A stretch of 61,439 nucleotides of DNA, filler included, from Chiloscyllium plagiosum (lineage: Eukaryota): the NCBI RefSeq assembly GCF_004010195.1. It is 3 parts of one record of this genome, joined end to end, with 100 filler letters (N's around TTAATTAATTAA, not from the genome) between each part and the next. Parts side by side here need not be neighbours in the genome. Positions count along the whole stretch, not along the records: positions 1 to 26,674 come from NC_057714.1; positions 26,775 to 40,326 come from NC_057714.1; 1 more part is not named here. One strand, 5' to 3'. The notes beneath the pieces are model-generated. The model was not told the origin of the DNA. It saw nothing but the letters and a program-made list of their open reading frames with translations, and ran no database searches. How positions within the stretch are numbered: position 1 is the stretch's first letter; every line of letters begins with the position of its first letter. The translations under genes were made by a program, and so were the position numbers. Shown one piece after another: positions 23,263-35,489 of the stretch.

Positions 23263-25905
23263 CATTGTAACAGTGACTTGTCCTACATTGTAATAGAGGC
23301 CTTTCCTGCATTGTAACAGGGGCATTTCCTGTGTTGTAACAGTGACTTTTCCTGCATTGTAACAATGACTTTTCCTGCATTGTAACAGAGCCTTCTCCTG
23401 CATTGTAACAGAGCCTTCTCCTGCATTGTAACAGAGCCTTCTCCTGCATTGTAACAGAGGCCTTTCCTGCATGTAACAGAGCCTTCTCCTGCATTGTAAC
23501 AGTGACTTTTCCTGCGTTGTAACAGAGCCTTCTCCTGTAACCGAGGCTTTTCCTGCATTGTAACAGAGCCTTCTCCTGCATTGTAACAGAGGCCTTTCCT
23601 GCATGTAACAGAGCCTTCTCCTGCATTGTAACAGTGACTTTTCCTGCATTGTAACAATGACTTTTCCTGCATTGTAACAGAGCCTTCTCCTGCATTGTAA
23701 CAGAGCCTTCTCCTGCATTGTAACAGAGGCTTTTCCTGCATTGTAGCAGTGACTTTTCAAGCATTGTAACAGGGGCATCTCCTGCATTGTAACAGAGGCC
23801 TTTCCTGCATGTAACAGAGCCTTCTCCTGCATTGTAACAGTGACTTTTCCTGCGTTGTAACAGAGCCTTCTCCTGTAACCGAGGCTTTTCCTGCATTGTA
23901 ACAGAGCCTTCTCCTGCATTGTAGCAGAGGCTTTTCCTGCATTGTAACAGTGACTATTCCTGCATTGTAACTGGGGCATTTCCTGCATTGTAACAGTGAC
24001 TTGTCCTGCACTGTAACAGAGGCCTTTCCTGCATTGTAACAGTGATTATTTCCTGCATTGTAACAGTGACTTTTCCTGCATTGTAACAGAAGCCTTTCCT
24101 GCATTGTAACAGGGGCATTTCCTGCATTGTGACATAGGCCTTTCCTGCATTGTAACAGAGGCTTTTCCTGCATTGTATCAGTGACTTTCCCTGCATTGTA
24201 ACTGTGGCTTTTCCCGCATTGTAACAGAGGCTTTACCTGCATTGTAAGAGTGACTTGTACTGCATTGTAACAGAGGCTTTTCCTGCATTGTAACAGTGAC
24301 TTTTCCCACATTGTAAAGAGGCCTTTCCTGCATTGTAACAGTGACTTTTCTTGCATTGTAACAGAGGCCTTTCCTGCATTGTAACAGTGACATTTCCTGC
24401 ACTGTAACAAGGGCATTTCCTGCATTTTAACAGAGCCTTCTCCTGCATTGTAACAGAGGCATTTCCTGCATTGTAACAGCGGCTTTTCCTGCATTGTAAC
24501 AGGGGCATTTCCTGCATTGTAACACGGGCATTTCCTGCATTGTAACAGTGACTTTTCCTGCATTGTAACAGAGGCATTTCCTGCATTGTAACAGCGGCTT
24601 TTCCTGCACTGTAACAGAGGCATTTCCTGCATTTTAACAGTGACTTGTCCTGCATTGTAATAGAGGCCTTTCCTGCATTGTAACAGGGGCATTTCCTGCA
24701 TTGTAACAGTGACTTTTCCTGCATTGTAACAGTGACTTTTACTGCACTGTAACATGGGCATTTCCTGCATTGTAACAGTGACTTTTCCTGCATTGTAACA
24801 GAGCCTTCTCCTGCATTGTAACAGAGCCTTCTCCTGCATTGTAACAGGGGCATTTCCTGCATTGTAACAGTGACTTTTCCTGCATTGTAACAGTGACCTT
24901 TCCTGCATTGTAACAGAGCCTTCTCCTGCATTGTAACCGAGGCTTTTCCTGCATTGTAACAGAGCCTTCTCCTGCATTGTAACCGAGGCTTTTCCTGCAT
25001 TGTAACAGTGACTATTCCTGCATTGTAACTGGGGCATTTCCTGCATTGTAACCGGGGCATTTCCTGCATTGTAACAGTGACTATTCCTGCATTGTAACAG
25101 GGGCATTTCCTGCATTGTAACCGGGGCCTTTCCTGCATTGTAACAGAGCGTTCTCCTGCATTGTAACAGAGGCTTTTCCTGCATTGTAACAGTGACTTTT
25201 CCTGCATTGTAACAGTGACCTTTCCTGCACTCTAACAGGGGCATTTCCTGCATTATAAAGAGGTCTTTCCTGCATTGTAACAGTGACTTTTCTTGCTTTG
25301 TAACAGACCCTTTCCTGCATTGTAATAGTGTCTCTTCCTGCGTCATAACTGGTGTTTCTCCTGCACTGTAACAGAGGCTTTTCCTTATTGTAACAGATGT
25401 CTTTTCTGCATTGTAACAGAGCCTACTCCTGCATTGTAACAGTGTCATTTCCGGCATTGTAACAGTGACTTTTCCTTCATTGTAACAGTGACTTTTCCTG
25501 CATTGTGACAGAGGCCTTTCCTGCATTGCAACAGTGGTTTTTCCTGCATTGTAACAGAGGCCTTTCCTGCATTGTAACAGTGGTTTTTCCTGCATTGTAA
25601 CAGTGGTTTTTCCTGCATTGTAACAGAGGCTTTTCCTGCATTGTAACAGAGGCTTTTCCTGCATTGTAACAGCGATGTTTCCTGCATTGTAACAGAAGCA
25701 TTTCCTGCATTGTAACAGAGCCTTCTCCTGCATTGTAACAGTGATGTTTCCTGCGCTGTAACAGTGATGTTTCCTGCATTGTAACAGTGGTTTTGCCTGC
25801 ATTGTAACAGTGGTTTTTCCTGTATTGTAACAGAGGCCTTTCCTGCATTGTAACAGTGACTTTTCCTGCATTGTAACAGTGATGTTTCCTGCACTGTCAC
25901 TGTGG
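23263..25905. repeat. 23-bp minisatellite, about 115 units, left end in a gap
   Basis: Constant CCTGCATTGTAACAG plus a variable 8-mer (TGACTTTT, AGGCCTTT, GGGCATTT, AGCCTTCT, AGGCTTTT, TGGTTTTT, TGATGTTT...). Confidence 0.97.
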
Positions 25906-25995
25906 CCATGCTTTAAAAAGCATTTCATTGCTTTTAAAGCACTTTGGGATGTCTTACGTTTATGAACGATGCTACATAAATCCGTGTTTCATTCT
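25880..25995 (+). mobile_element. DeuSINE/L2-type 3' end contiguous with the minisatellite
   Basis: ctttaaaaagcatttcattgcttttaaagcactttgggatgtc...gatgctacataaat resembles the recalled tail cttcaaaagtacttcattggctgtaaagcgctttgggacgtc...ggcgctatataaat. Confidence 0.65.
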
Positions 25996-26029
25996 TGTAT
26001 TTTGGATGAAATTATGACAGAAAAGTGTT

Positions 26030-26674
26030 GGAGTCATAGAGTCATAGAGATGGACACCATGGAAACATACCCTTCGGTCCAACCCGGCCATGCCGATCAG
26101 ATATCCCAACCCAATCTAGTCCCACCTGCCAGCATCCGGCCCATATCCCTCCAAACCCTTCCTATTCATATACCCATCCAGATGCCTCTTAAATGTTGCA
26201 ATTGTACCAGCCTCCACCATGTCCTCGAGCAGCTCATTTCATACAGGTACCACCCTCTGCGTGAAAAGGTTGCCTCTTAGGTCTCTTTTATATCTTTCCC
26301 ATCTCATCCTAAACCAATGCCCTCTAGTTCTGGACTCCCCGACCCCAGGGAAAACACTTTATCTATTTATCCTATCCATGCCCCTCATAATTTTATAAAC
26401 CTCCATAAGGTCACCCCTCAGCCTCCGACGCTCCAGAGATAACAGCCCCAGTCTGTTCAGCCTCTCCCTGTAGCTCAGATCCTCCAACCCTGGCAACATC
26501 CTTGTAAATCTTTCCTGAACACTTTCAAGTTTCACAACATCTTTCTGATAGGAAGGAGACCAGAATTGCATGCAATATTCCAACAGTGGCCTAACCAATG
26601 TCCTGTACAGCTGCAACATGACCTCCCAACTCCTGTACTCAATACTCTGACCAATAAAGGAAAGCATACCAAAC
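26030..26674 (-). mobile_element. CR1 3' fragment
   Basis: ORF 26359..26667 LYRTLVRPLLEYCMQFWSP. Confidence 0.92.
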
Positions 26675-26718
26675 NNNNNNNNNNNNNNNNNNNNNNNNNN
26701 NNNNNNNNNNNNNNNNNN

Positions 26719-26730
26719 TTAATTAATTAA
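26719..26730. other. Synthetic scaffold linker TTAATTAATTAA inside an N gap
   Basis: 44 N + TTAATTAATTAA + 44 N = 100 bp; stops in all six frames; repeated at 40371. Confidence 0.9.
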
Positions 26731-26774
26731 NNNNNNNNNNNNNNNNNNNNNNNNNNNNNNNNNNNNNNNNNNNN

Positions 26775-26903
26775 CACCCCCGCCCCCACTCACCCATTGT
26801 ACTCCATGCTACTTTCTCCCCACCCCCACCCTCCTCTCGCTTATCTCTCCACGCTTCAGTCTCTCTGCCTTTATTCCTGATGAAGGGCTTTTGCCCGAAA
26901 CAT
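26775..26903 (+). mobile_element. Penelope 3' region ending in a truncated hammerhead
   Basis: Pyrimidine-rich UTR then ATTC-CTGATGA-A-GGGC-TTTT-GCCC-GAAAC. Confidence 0.8.
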
Positions 26904-26904
26904 G

Positions 26905-27630
26905 GTTTCATGGTCATCATTAGACCCTTAATTCCATCTGCCATGGCTGGATTTGAACCCTGAGTCCCCAGAACATTAGCCGAGTTTCTGAATTAATAGT
27001 ATAGTGATAGTACCACTCGGCCATTGCCTCCCCCTATAATACTTCCGAAGTAACTGGATAAGGTGAGCTGATGACATCGTGATCTTGTCACTGAGCTCAT
27101 CATCCAGAATCAGGCTAATGTTCTAGCAAGGCAGGAATCCCACTATGGCAGATGGTGAAATTTGAATTAATTAAAAATAGGGAAATAAAAGCTCACCTAA
27201 TGGTGGCCGTTTAATTGTCATTAATTGTCATATTACCCATTGGGGTTCATTAATATCCTTCTTGGCTTATATCTGGCTCCAGACCCACAGCAATGTGGTT
27301 GATTCTTTAATAACTTCTGAAATGGCCTGCCAAGCCATTCCATTGCTGAGTAATAAATGCTGGCCTCACCACAATGCCCATGGACCATGAATGATTTTTT
27401 TTTAAAAACAAATGGTTTGGGTCTGGAGTTACATGGAGGCCTAACAGAAAGAACAGCAGATTTTCTTCTCTAAAGGACATTAGTGAACCAGGTAAACTCT
27501 CAGAACAGTTGACACTGATTATTTGGTCTCTACAGGTTAGGAAAATGGTTATATTCCAGGTTATTAAAATGAATTTAAATTCTACCATTCTGCTGGGGTG
27601 GGATTTGAACTCCTGACGACAGAGCATAAC
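26905..27630. mobile_element. Cluster of three family B tRNA-SINE copies (-, +, -)
   Basis: A box TGGCCGAGTGG and B box GGTTCAAATCC on minus at 26940-27030; ccagacccacagcaatgtggttga body; aataaatgctggcc tail. Confidence 0.75.
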
Positions 27631-29315
27631 ACCATAAGACATAGGAATAGAAGTAAGCTAGTCAGCCCATTGAGTCTGCTCCTCCATTCAATCCTGGATC
27701 ATATGTCTCTCAAGTCCCTTCTCTTGCCTTCTCCCTGTAATCCTTGATCCCCTTGCTAATTAAGAACATATCTATCGCTGTCTTAAATACTCTCAAATAC
27801 TCAGCTCCATAGCCCTTTTGGCAATGAGTTTCACAGATTCACCATCCTCTGGCTGAAGAAATTCCTCCTCGGCTCAATTCTAAAGGGTCATCTCTTCACT
27901 CTGAGGCTGTGCCTTCGGGTCTGAGTGTCTCCTATTAGTGGAACCATCTTCTCCATGTCCTCAGTAACCAGGCCTCTCAGAATTCTGTAAGTTTCAATCA
28001 GATCCCACCTCAGCCTTCCAAGTTCCACTCAGCACAGACTCAGAGTTCACAAATGCTTCTCATCTGACAAGCTCTGCATTCTGGGGATCATTCTTATAAA
28101 GCTCCTCTGGACCCGTGTAACACCAGCAAATCCTTCCTTAGATACGGGGCCCAAAACTGTTCATAATATTTCACATGCAGTCTTTCCAGAGACTTATACA
28201 GCCTCAGTAGTACATCTCTGCTCTTGTATTGTAGCCCTCATTGAAATGAATGCTATCACTGCTTTTGCCTTCCTAACAGCTAAGTAAACCCATATGGTAA
28301 ACGCAAGAGAATCCTGAACTAGGACTCCTAAGTCCCTTTAACCTTCAGATTTTCAAACCCTTTTCCTATTTAGAAAATAGTCTTTCCCTCTATTGTTCCT
28401 ACCAAAGTGCACAGACTCACACTTTCTGACATGGTATTTTATCTGCCACTTTTTTGCCCACTCTTCTAGCCTGTGGAAGTCCTTCTGCAGCCTCCCCCTT
28501 TCCTCACCACTACCTACTCCTCAACCTATCTTTGCGTCATCTACAAAAGTAGTAACAGTGCCCTCAGTTCCTTCATCCAGATCATTTATGTCTGTTATGG
28601 TTGCAACACTGACCCCTACAGAACTCGACTAGTCAAAGGCTGCCATCCAGAAAAAGACTCCTTTATCTCCACTCTCTGCCTTCTGCCAGTCAGCCAATCC
28701 TCTCCCCATGCCAGTATCTTGCCCCTCACACAATAAGTTCTTAATTTAGTTAGCAGCCTCCTGCAGAACACTTTGTAAAAGGTCTTCAGACGTTCAAATA
28801 GATCACATCTCCTCAGTCCCCTTTGTCTAACCTGCTTGTTACCTCCTCAAAGATTTCTAATTGATTTGTCAGGCATGACCTCCAGCTGTGATGACTCAGC
28901 CCTATTTTACCATCCACTTTCAAGTACTCTCCAGTATCATCATAACTAATGGATTTTAAATCTTACCAATAACTTAACCGGTCTGAAGTTTCCAGTCTTC
29001 TGCCTTCCTCCCTCCCTTCTTCAACAGGATTGTTACATTAGCCAGCATTCAGTCCTTTGGGACCCTCCCTGACTCCAGTGATTCCTGGAAAGCACCACCA
29101 TAATCTCCTCAGCTATCTCCTTCAGCGCTCTGGGGAGTAGTCCATCTGGTCCAGGTGATTTATTCATCTTCCATCCATTCAGCTTCCTAAGCATCTTCTC
29201 CTTAGTGATGGCCATACACTCACCTCTGCCCCAACTCTGTTGAAGTTCTGGTTTACTGCTGGTGTCTTCCACTATGAAAACTGATGCAAACTATCTATTC
29301 AGTTGCTCTGCCAAG
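27630..29315 (-). mobile_element. Older CR1 LINE fragment with internal deletion
   Basis: ORF 29033..29272 KSPGPDGLLPRALKEIAEEI; CR1 3' UTR near 27630. Confidence 0.85.
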
Positions 29316-29689
29316 CCTGGGTCTGGTGGTAGTGTCTCAGTGATATCACCACTGTTCTCCTAGACAAGAGGCAGCTTTGCTAGTCAGAAACAATACATAG
29401 CTTTAAGCATTATGTAGAGTTTTAAAAACACACAGTTGTAGAATTGGAACTGGATTAATAAGAAGCGAAATAAGGATTGGCATTTTTCAAACTAAGGATC
29501 GTGGAAATGTAGAAGTCTCCAGGCCAAAGAAAGGTGGGTCAAGAGCAATTTTCAAGATCGAGTTGGATCGATTTTGTTACCACTCTTTTCGGTGTTGTGA
29601 GTGCAATGCATGCTGGTAGCTCTCTTCAGCTGAGAATTACACATCTGTTTGGGAGTGTCCACAAAACATAAAAGAGGCTTCTCATTTTT

Positions 29690-30682
29690 CATAGAATCAC
29701 AGAAACCCTACAGCTTGGAAACAGGCCATTCGGCTCATTGAGTGCACACTAACCCTCCAAAAACCATCCAACCCTGATCCAGGCCCTATAACCCTGCAGT
29801 TCCCATGGCTAATCCTCCTACATAGAACATAGAAAAGTACAACACAGAACAGGCCCTTTGGCCCACGATGTTGTGCAGAGATTTAATCCTAATGTAAAAT
29901 ATAGTAATTTAACCTACGCACCCCTCAACTCACTGCTATCCATGTGCATGCCCAGCATGACTTTGCTTCCACCACCACAGCTAGCAACGCATTCCATGCA
30001 TTCACAACTGTCTGTGTAAAGAACCTACCTCTGACGTCTCCTTTATAACTTCTTCCTAATATCTTCAAACTATGACTTCTCGTACCAGTCAATCCTGCCC
30101 TGGGGAAAAGTCTCTGACTATTGACTCTATCTATTCCTCTCATTATTTTGTACACCTTGATCAGGTCTCCTCTCTTCCCCTTTCTCTCCAGAGAGAAATG
30201 TCCGAGCTTATTCAACCTTTCTTCATAAGGCAAGCCCTCCAGTCCAGGCAGCATCCTGGTAAACCTTCTTTGCACCCTCTCCAAACCCTCTGTATCTTTC
30301 CTATAGTGTGGTGACCAGAACTGGACACAATATTCCAAGTGTGGTCTCACCAGGGACTTGTAGAGCTGCAGCAAAACCTCGCGGCTCTTAAACTCGATCC
30401 CCCTGTTAGTGAAAGCCAAAACACCATATGCTTTCTTAACAACCCTATCCACTTGGGTGGCAACTTTGAGGGATCTATGTACCTGCACACCCAGATCCCT
30501 CTATTCCTCCACATGCACATCTTTGGACTGTGAGAGGAAACTGGAGCATCCAGAAAAAACCTCCCCAGACACGGGGAGAGTGTGCAAACTCCACAAAGAC
30601 AGTCACCCGAGGGTATAATCAAACCAGGATCCGTGGCACTGTGAGGCAGCAGTGCTGACCACTGAGTCACCGTGCTACCCCA
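29690..30682 (-). mobile_element. HE1-type SINE split by a CR1 3' insertion (29820-30510)
   Basis: SINE tail 29690-29820 and head 30510-30682 flank ORF 29925..30488 (RPHLEYCVQFWSP). Confidence 0.88.
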
Positions 30683-33014
30683 AGAGGACTCAATGGAAAA
30701 TGTTAAAGGAGACAGTAATAAACCAGAAACATTTTAGTGTAAACAAGAAAAATTCTTCACTTGTGAATTTTTAAAATTATTTTATGCCAAATGCTCACGA
30801 GCTGGGGGTCAGTGGGTTTAACATCAAAAGGAAATGTTAACGAGGCTCCAACTTGAAAGTTGTTTGAGCCTTGTGACAGAAGCCTTGGGTGGACACTGCT
30901 GGTACTTTGCTCCACTTATTCAAACCAAAAGTCTCTATCATTGTTTTATGTGGAAATATCATCATCTTGTCAAGCAAGAAGCTTTTTTATGAAGATGTTT
31001 TGACAGAGCAAAAATAACCAGAGCAGTTTATCTCAAGCTATCTAAATATGCATTCATTGAAACAATATGCATTTCTTCTCTGTTAAAGACTGGTTCCTCC
31101 CATTCTCCTGGGCATGTTTCTCAGTCTCTATTGTTAAACTCAGTCAATAATTGAAATTGTTGATATTTAGTCAGCGGCTCTTAAGCCTCTGAATCACAGC
31201 TAAGGACCAAACCAGCGGAGAAACCAAAAGAAATGACTGAAGAGATGCTCAAAAAAGCTTTGAGCTGCTTGATTCCATACCAACGTTACAAAAGGTAGGT
31301 GTCATTTAGACACGGAGCACCCACGTAGATAATTAACCAGCTCTGAATAATACACAGCAGAGTTTAAAATGAAAGGGAAAATAAACTTCACTTTGGAAAA
31401 TCAATATGAGATTCTTATTCCACGGGACAAGGCTTCAGGATACTTTGGCAGTTCATCGATCCTCATATTTGCAGCTAGTTCACAATCTATTTCGGTATCT
31501 GGACTTGTTCTTTATACTCAGGAAAGACAAAAGTGCAGCAGCCAGTTCATATCCCCTCTAGGTTTAGGTAGCCTTTCGGAAATTGTTGACTGCCCATTAA
31601 CTAAAAGATAAATTATCGCCTTGGCTGATTACTCATGAACGATTGGTTGTTTTGCTAAGACCTGCTTAATTTTCCATTGTATTTAATTAGAATATTGCTA
31701 ACTCACCTCTTTGCAATGTTTTACGCTATTATGAAATTTCAATCAAAATTTGCATGTAGAAATATATAAATGTTCAGATATGAGGAACTCAATCTGTCAA
31801 AAGATGTAATGCACATAGAAGACTGACTGATGCTTGATTATACTTTTATTCAATTTATTTCAATTTAGCTGGGTATAAAATGCAAATATAAATGAATCCT
31901 TTATGAAAATGAAGGGACACCCTCCAAGTATTTTCTTGAAATATCTGTTAGAAAATTTTTAATAGAAAATACCGTTTTTTTTATATATGCTAAACATTGT
32001 CACTAATTTTAGTGAGGGCCTTTTCCCACTATAACACTGTGCTAGAATACCATAACTGTAAAAGAACCTAGAGAGATATACTACAGAATCTAATGCTGAA
32101 TACTTACCTATAATTTAATGTAGCTACAGGTCAAATGGCCTCTCTTCTCTATATCTTTTCTAAATGTTGCCCACATGCCTTCCCTCTACCTTTTCAAAAT
32201 CCATTAACACATTCTTCTAGGATAGAAATGATTGGGCTGTATGAGATATTTTTGATGTCTGCTCCCTAACTGTAACATCAATAGTAATGCACACATGAAA
32301 AAGCAAATGAAAAGATTGACTTGTCCATGAGTCAACATAACATCATCAGTCTTTACTCTAATAATTATAGTCTATAGGTGAGAAAACGTGAACAAGTTTC
32401 ATTGCCCTGCTCTTGCCTTATTGTCCTGTACCTCCTTTGCATTAAATGTTCGTCTATTTTTCCAGTTAAAGCTGCAGTGATCTCTATTTCAATTATTCTG
32501 AGACCCCTTGTCACTGTCTGTCCCACCAGAGGAACCAACCATTCTCAATTCATCCATTGTCAAGTCAAAAGATTGAAACAATTCTTTTCCACAATTGAAA
32601 TCATTCCAGTATCTTAACACATTCATCACTATCATTTTTCCAATGTTAATTGTGATCAACGTTTTAATCGAGGGCAGGCTGGATTGTATATAAGTGGTCT
32701 TAATTGAGTTTTCGCCTTTAACTTCTTGCAGGATGCTTTGGCTTATCACATTAAGTCTTCCTTTGCTCCCTTGCTGAATTAAGCCTGCAGTCTCAGCAAT
32801 TAATGAGTATAGGGGCTTTTTATTGCCATATATGCTCCTGACAAAAGGAAGCTATCACTTTAACTAATGCAATCGCCACAGCCATGATGAAGTCTAATAC
32901 AGATTAGTCAGAACTAGCCCTCTTTGTGAAAAGGGGCAATCCATCAAAAACAAAGATCATCAGCACAAAGACTACTGTTTCAGATATCTTGCTGCAGCTC
33001 TTTTTCAGATGTGC

Positions 33015-33120
33015 ATATAGACATAGACACACACACATATACACAGACAGACACACACAGATACACACACAAACACAGACACACACATACACATATGTAC
33101 ACACACACACATACACATCC
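33015..33120. repeat. Imperfect (CA)n microsatellite
   Basis: Direct reading; similar tracts at 5175-5250, 41340-41460 and 42350-42510. Confidence 0.9.
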
Positions 33121-34086
33121 CCATCGTAATGTAAATACAATATATAACTGCAAGAGGTCTGATCATAACCTTCAAACACATACCTCACAAAGCAGACGAG
33201 ACATAGCTATTTTGGCTATTTTAGTTAAACAGTGAAGTGATAAGGCCTTTGGAATACAAGCTTTAACTTGATAATTCTCAGGGATGGCAGAACTGAACAC
33301 CTATAATCCACTAACCGTAAAATGGCTGAAGTAATACTCATATAAATTGACTTGTATAAATCCCGACTAATGATGATATGGTTAAATCACTCAGCACCTG
33401 CTCAGGATACTTGGTTTAATTTTAGATCAGTCAAGGGGGCATTATAGTCAATAGCAGCTGTCTCAATCCTCTTTCTGCTAGTGGCTAAATCAGTGGATTA
33501 CATAAATCCACTTAACTGCTTCCAATCTATTTCAACCAAACCACCGCCTTTTGAAAAATGAGGCAATGCTATCTGCTTCCATTCTCTGCTAATTTCATGC
33601 TTATGTATTTAATGAGGGCAGACTGCTCCTGTGTAAATGTCTCTCTCTTTCTCCGTTCTTGAAACATGGAGATAATTATGATGCAGGGATCACATGGACA
33701 GATTTAATAAAATTGCTGAATTACAGTTTTAAAGGGAGTAGCACTGACTGACCTACATAGGCTGCAAATTAACCCTTTCACCAACCTGATGATATTTTAC
33801 TTGTATCATCTCAAGGGCAAACTGACATATGATAAAGAAGCTGCACTATAGAAACAGGCCATTCAATTGAATTGATCTATGCTGGGGTTCATTTGGGTTC
33901 ATGTATTTAGCCTACGTTTAAGTGCATCTAGTTTCTTTGTCTCAACATAAGAACATAGGAAATAGAAGTAGAGACATGGACTTTGTGGGCCAAAGTGCCT
34001 CCTTCCATACCATCAGGATTGTATGATTTTGTGTAAGATAGGCTATTCAGCCTCTCGGCGTGTTCCTTCATTCAACTAGATCATGG

Positions 34087-34561
34087 TGTTGGTTTTGCCT
34101 GTGACAAGGTGTTTAACTGATGCAACAATGTTTATGTTATTTCTCATAACATGAAATCTGGGCATGGGAGAGACAAATTCAACATGTGCATCTATTGTAC
34201 ACAAACATTAGATTACAGTTGAGTAGTGTGTCATGCTTTGAGTAATTCATGGTAAGATGAAACATGAGACCTTTATACCCTAGGATCACATGTTATAATC
34301 CAGGCAACATATCATGAGCATGTGTCTTAAAGATATCCAGCATTACATTTGGCTCACTCCTATGTGTCTAGGTTAGTATTAAGCTATTGGATACAACAGA
34401 GGAGCATACTTTTATTGGTGTGTTAGGCATCAAGAGATCTGAGGCAAGATGGAGTATGAGATCTTTATACCCTTAGGTCATATGCTATAATAAAGAGGTG
34501 ATAACAGGAGCATGTCTATTAAAGTTCTGCTGACACACTGATCATGAGATAGAACATACCA
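34087..34561 (+). mobile_element. Candidate solo LTR inside an old CR1 fragment
   Basis: TGTT...AACA(TACCA) ends, internal diverged direct repeat, AATAAA/ATTAAA near the 3' end; no clear TSD. Confidence 0.4.
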
Positions 34562-35489
34562 GACTGATCTTTCACCTCAGCACTATTTTCATGTACTATC
34601 CCTATATCTCATACCCCCATTCAAAACCCAGCCCAGGTGAAACATCTTGTATTGACCCTGTTGCATTCTGCAAACATTCACTTCTCATTCTTTTAAATGC
34701 CAGAGAATGCAAAGCCAGTCTCCTCAATGTCTCCCAAGGATCAGTCTGGCGAACTTTGGTTCCAGTCCCTCCAAGTAACTCCTTCCTTAGATAAGAAAGC
34801 CAAACTGTACACAATACTCCAGGTGCGATCTTGCCAAAAGACTCTAACTACAGCAAGACATGTTCATCTCTGTATTCAAGTTCCCTTGCAGCATTTGTCA
34901 ACATATCATTTGTCTTCCTAACTGCCTGATGCATCTTTATGAACAAGAATGCTCACTTCTTTTTTGAAACGAGTACTGCCCAATCTCAACCAGTTAAGAA
35001 ATATTCATCATTTCTCTTTTTTCTGAATGGTGTATAACCGTTCAGAATTCTGTATCTCAGTCTTCCTACTCTGGATGCTCTCATTTGCTTGCAAGAGGCA
35101 AAGAGTGGTTGATTCATTTATGAAAGGTCTCTGACATATTAATTAAAAGTAACAGTTTACAGCAGCTGTTGGAGGGAGTATGCACTATTTTTCTTCAAGC
35201 TTGAAGTGGCTTTTACTAAGGAGAACAGAGAGATCTTCTAAGCTGGTGGAAGTCTGAGGGCTTCTCTCGTCCCAATTCACAGTCTCAATCATTTAGCAGA
35301 AGGCCTTTGTCATCAATGTCTGGTCATAAATAAATCAACTACTTGTTGCCAATCAAAACTCCATTTGTACACAACCCCTCAGCTCCAGTTCATCTGCAAA
35401 CTGCAATTCAACTTGTACTCAAACAAGCAGCTATGTAAAGGGTGTTTATAACAAGTGTCAGGTTTCTTGCTTCAAAAACATGCAGCAAT

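Noticed and set aside
23263..25905. CRISPR-like constant repeat plus variable spacer
   Set aside because: Variable parts are only 8 nt and reused many times; vertebrate context; no cas genes
22687..25928. Cys-rich or zinc-finger-like protein genes
   Set aside because: Overlapping ORFs in all minus frames are the expected translation of a 23-bp stop-free repeat
32904..33235. His/Thr-rich or Cys/Val-rich ORFs (also 42216-42594)
   Set aside because: Translations of (CA)n microsatellites
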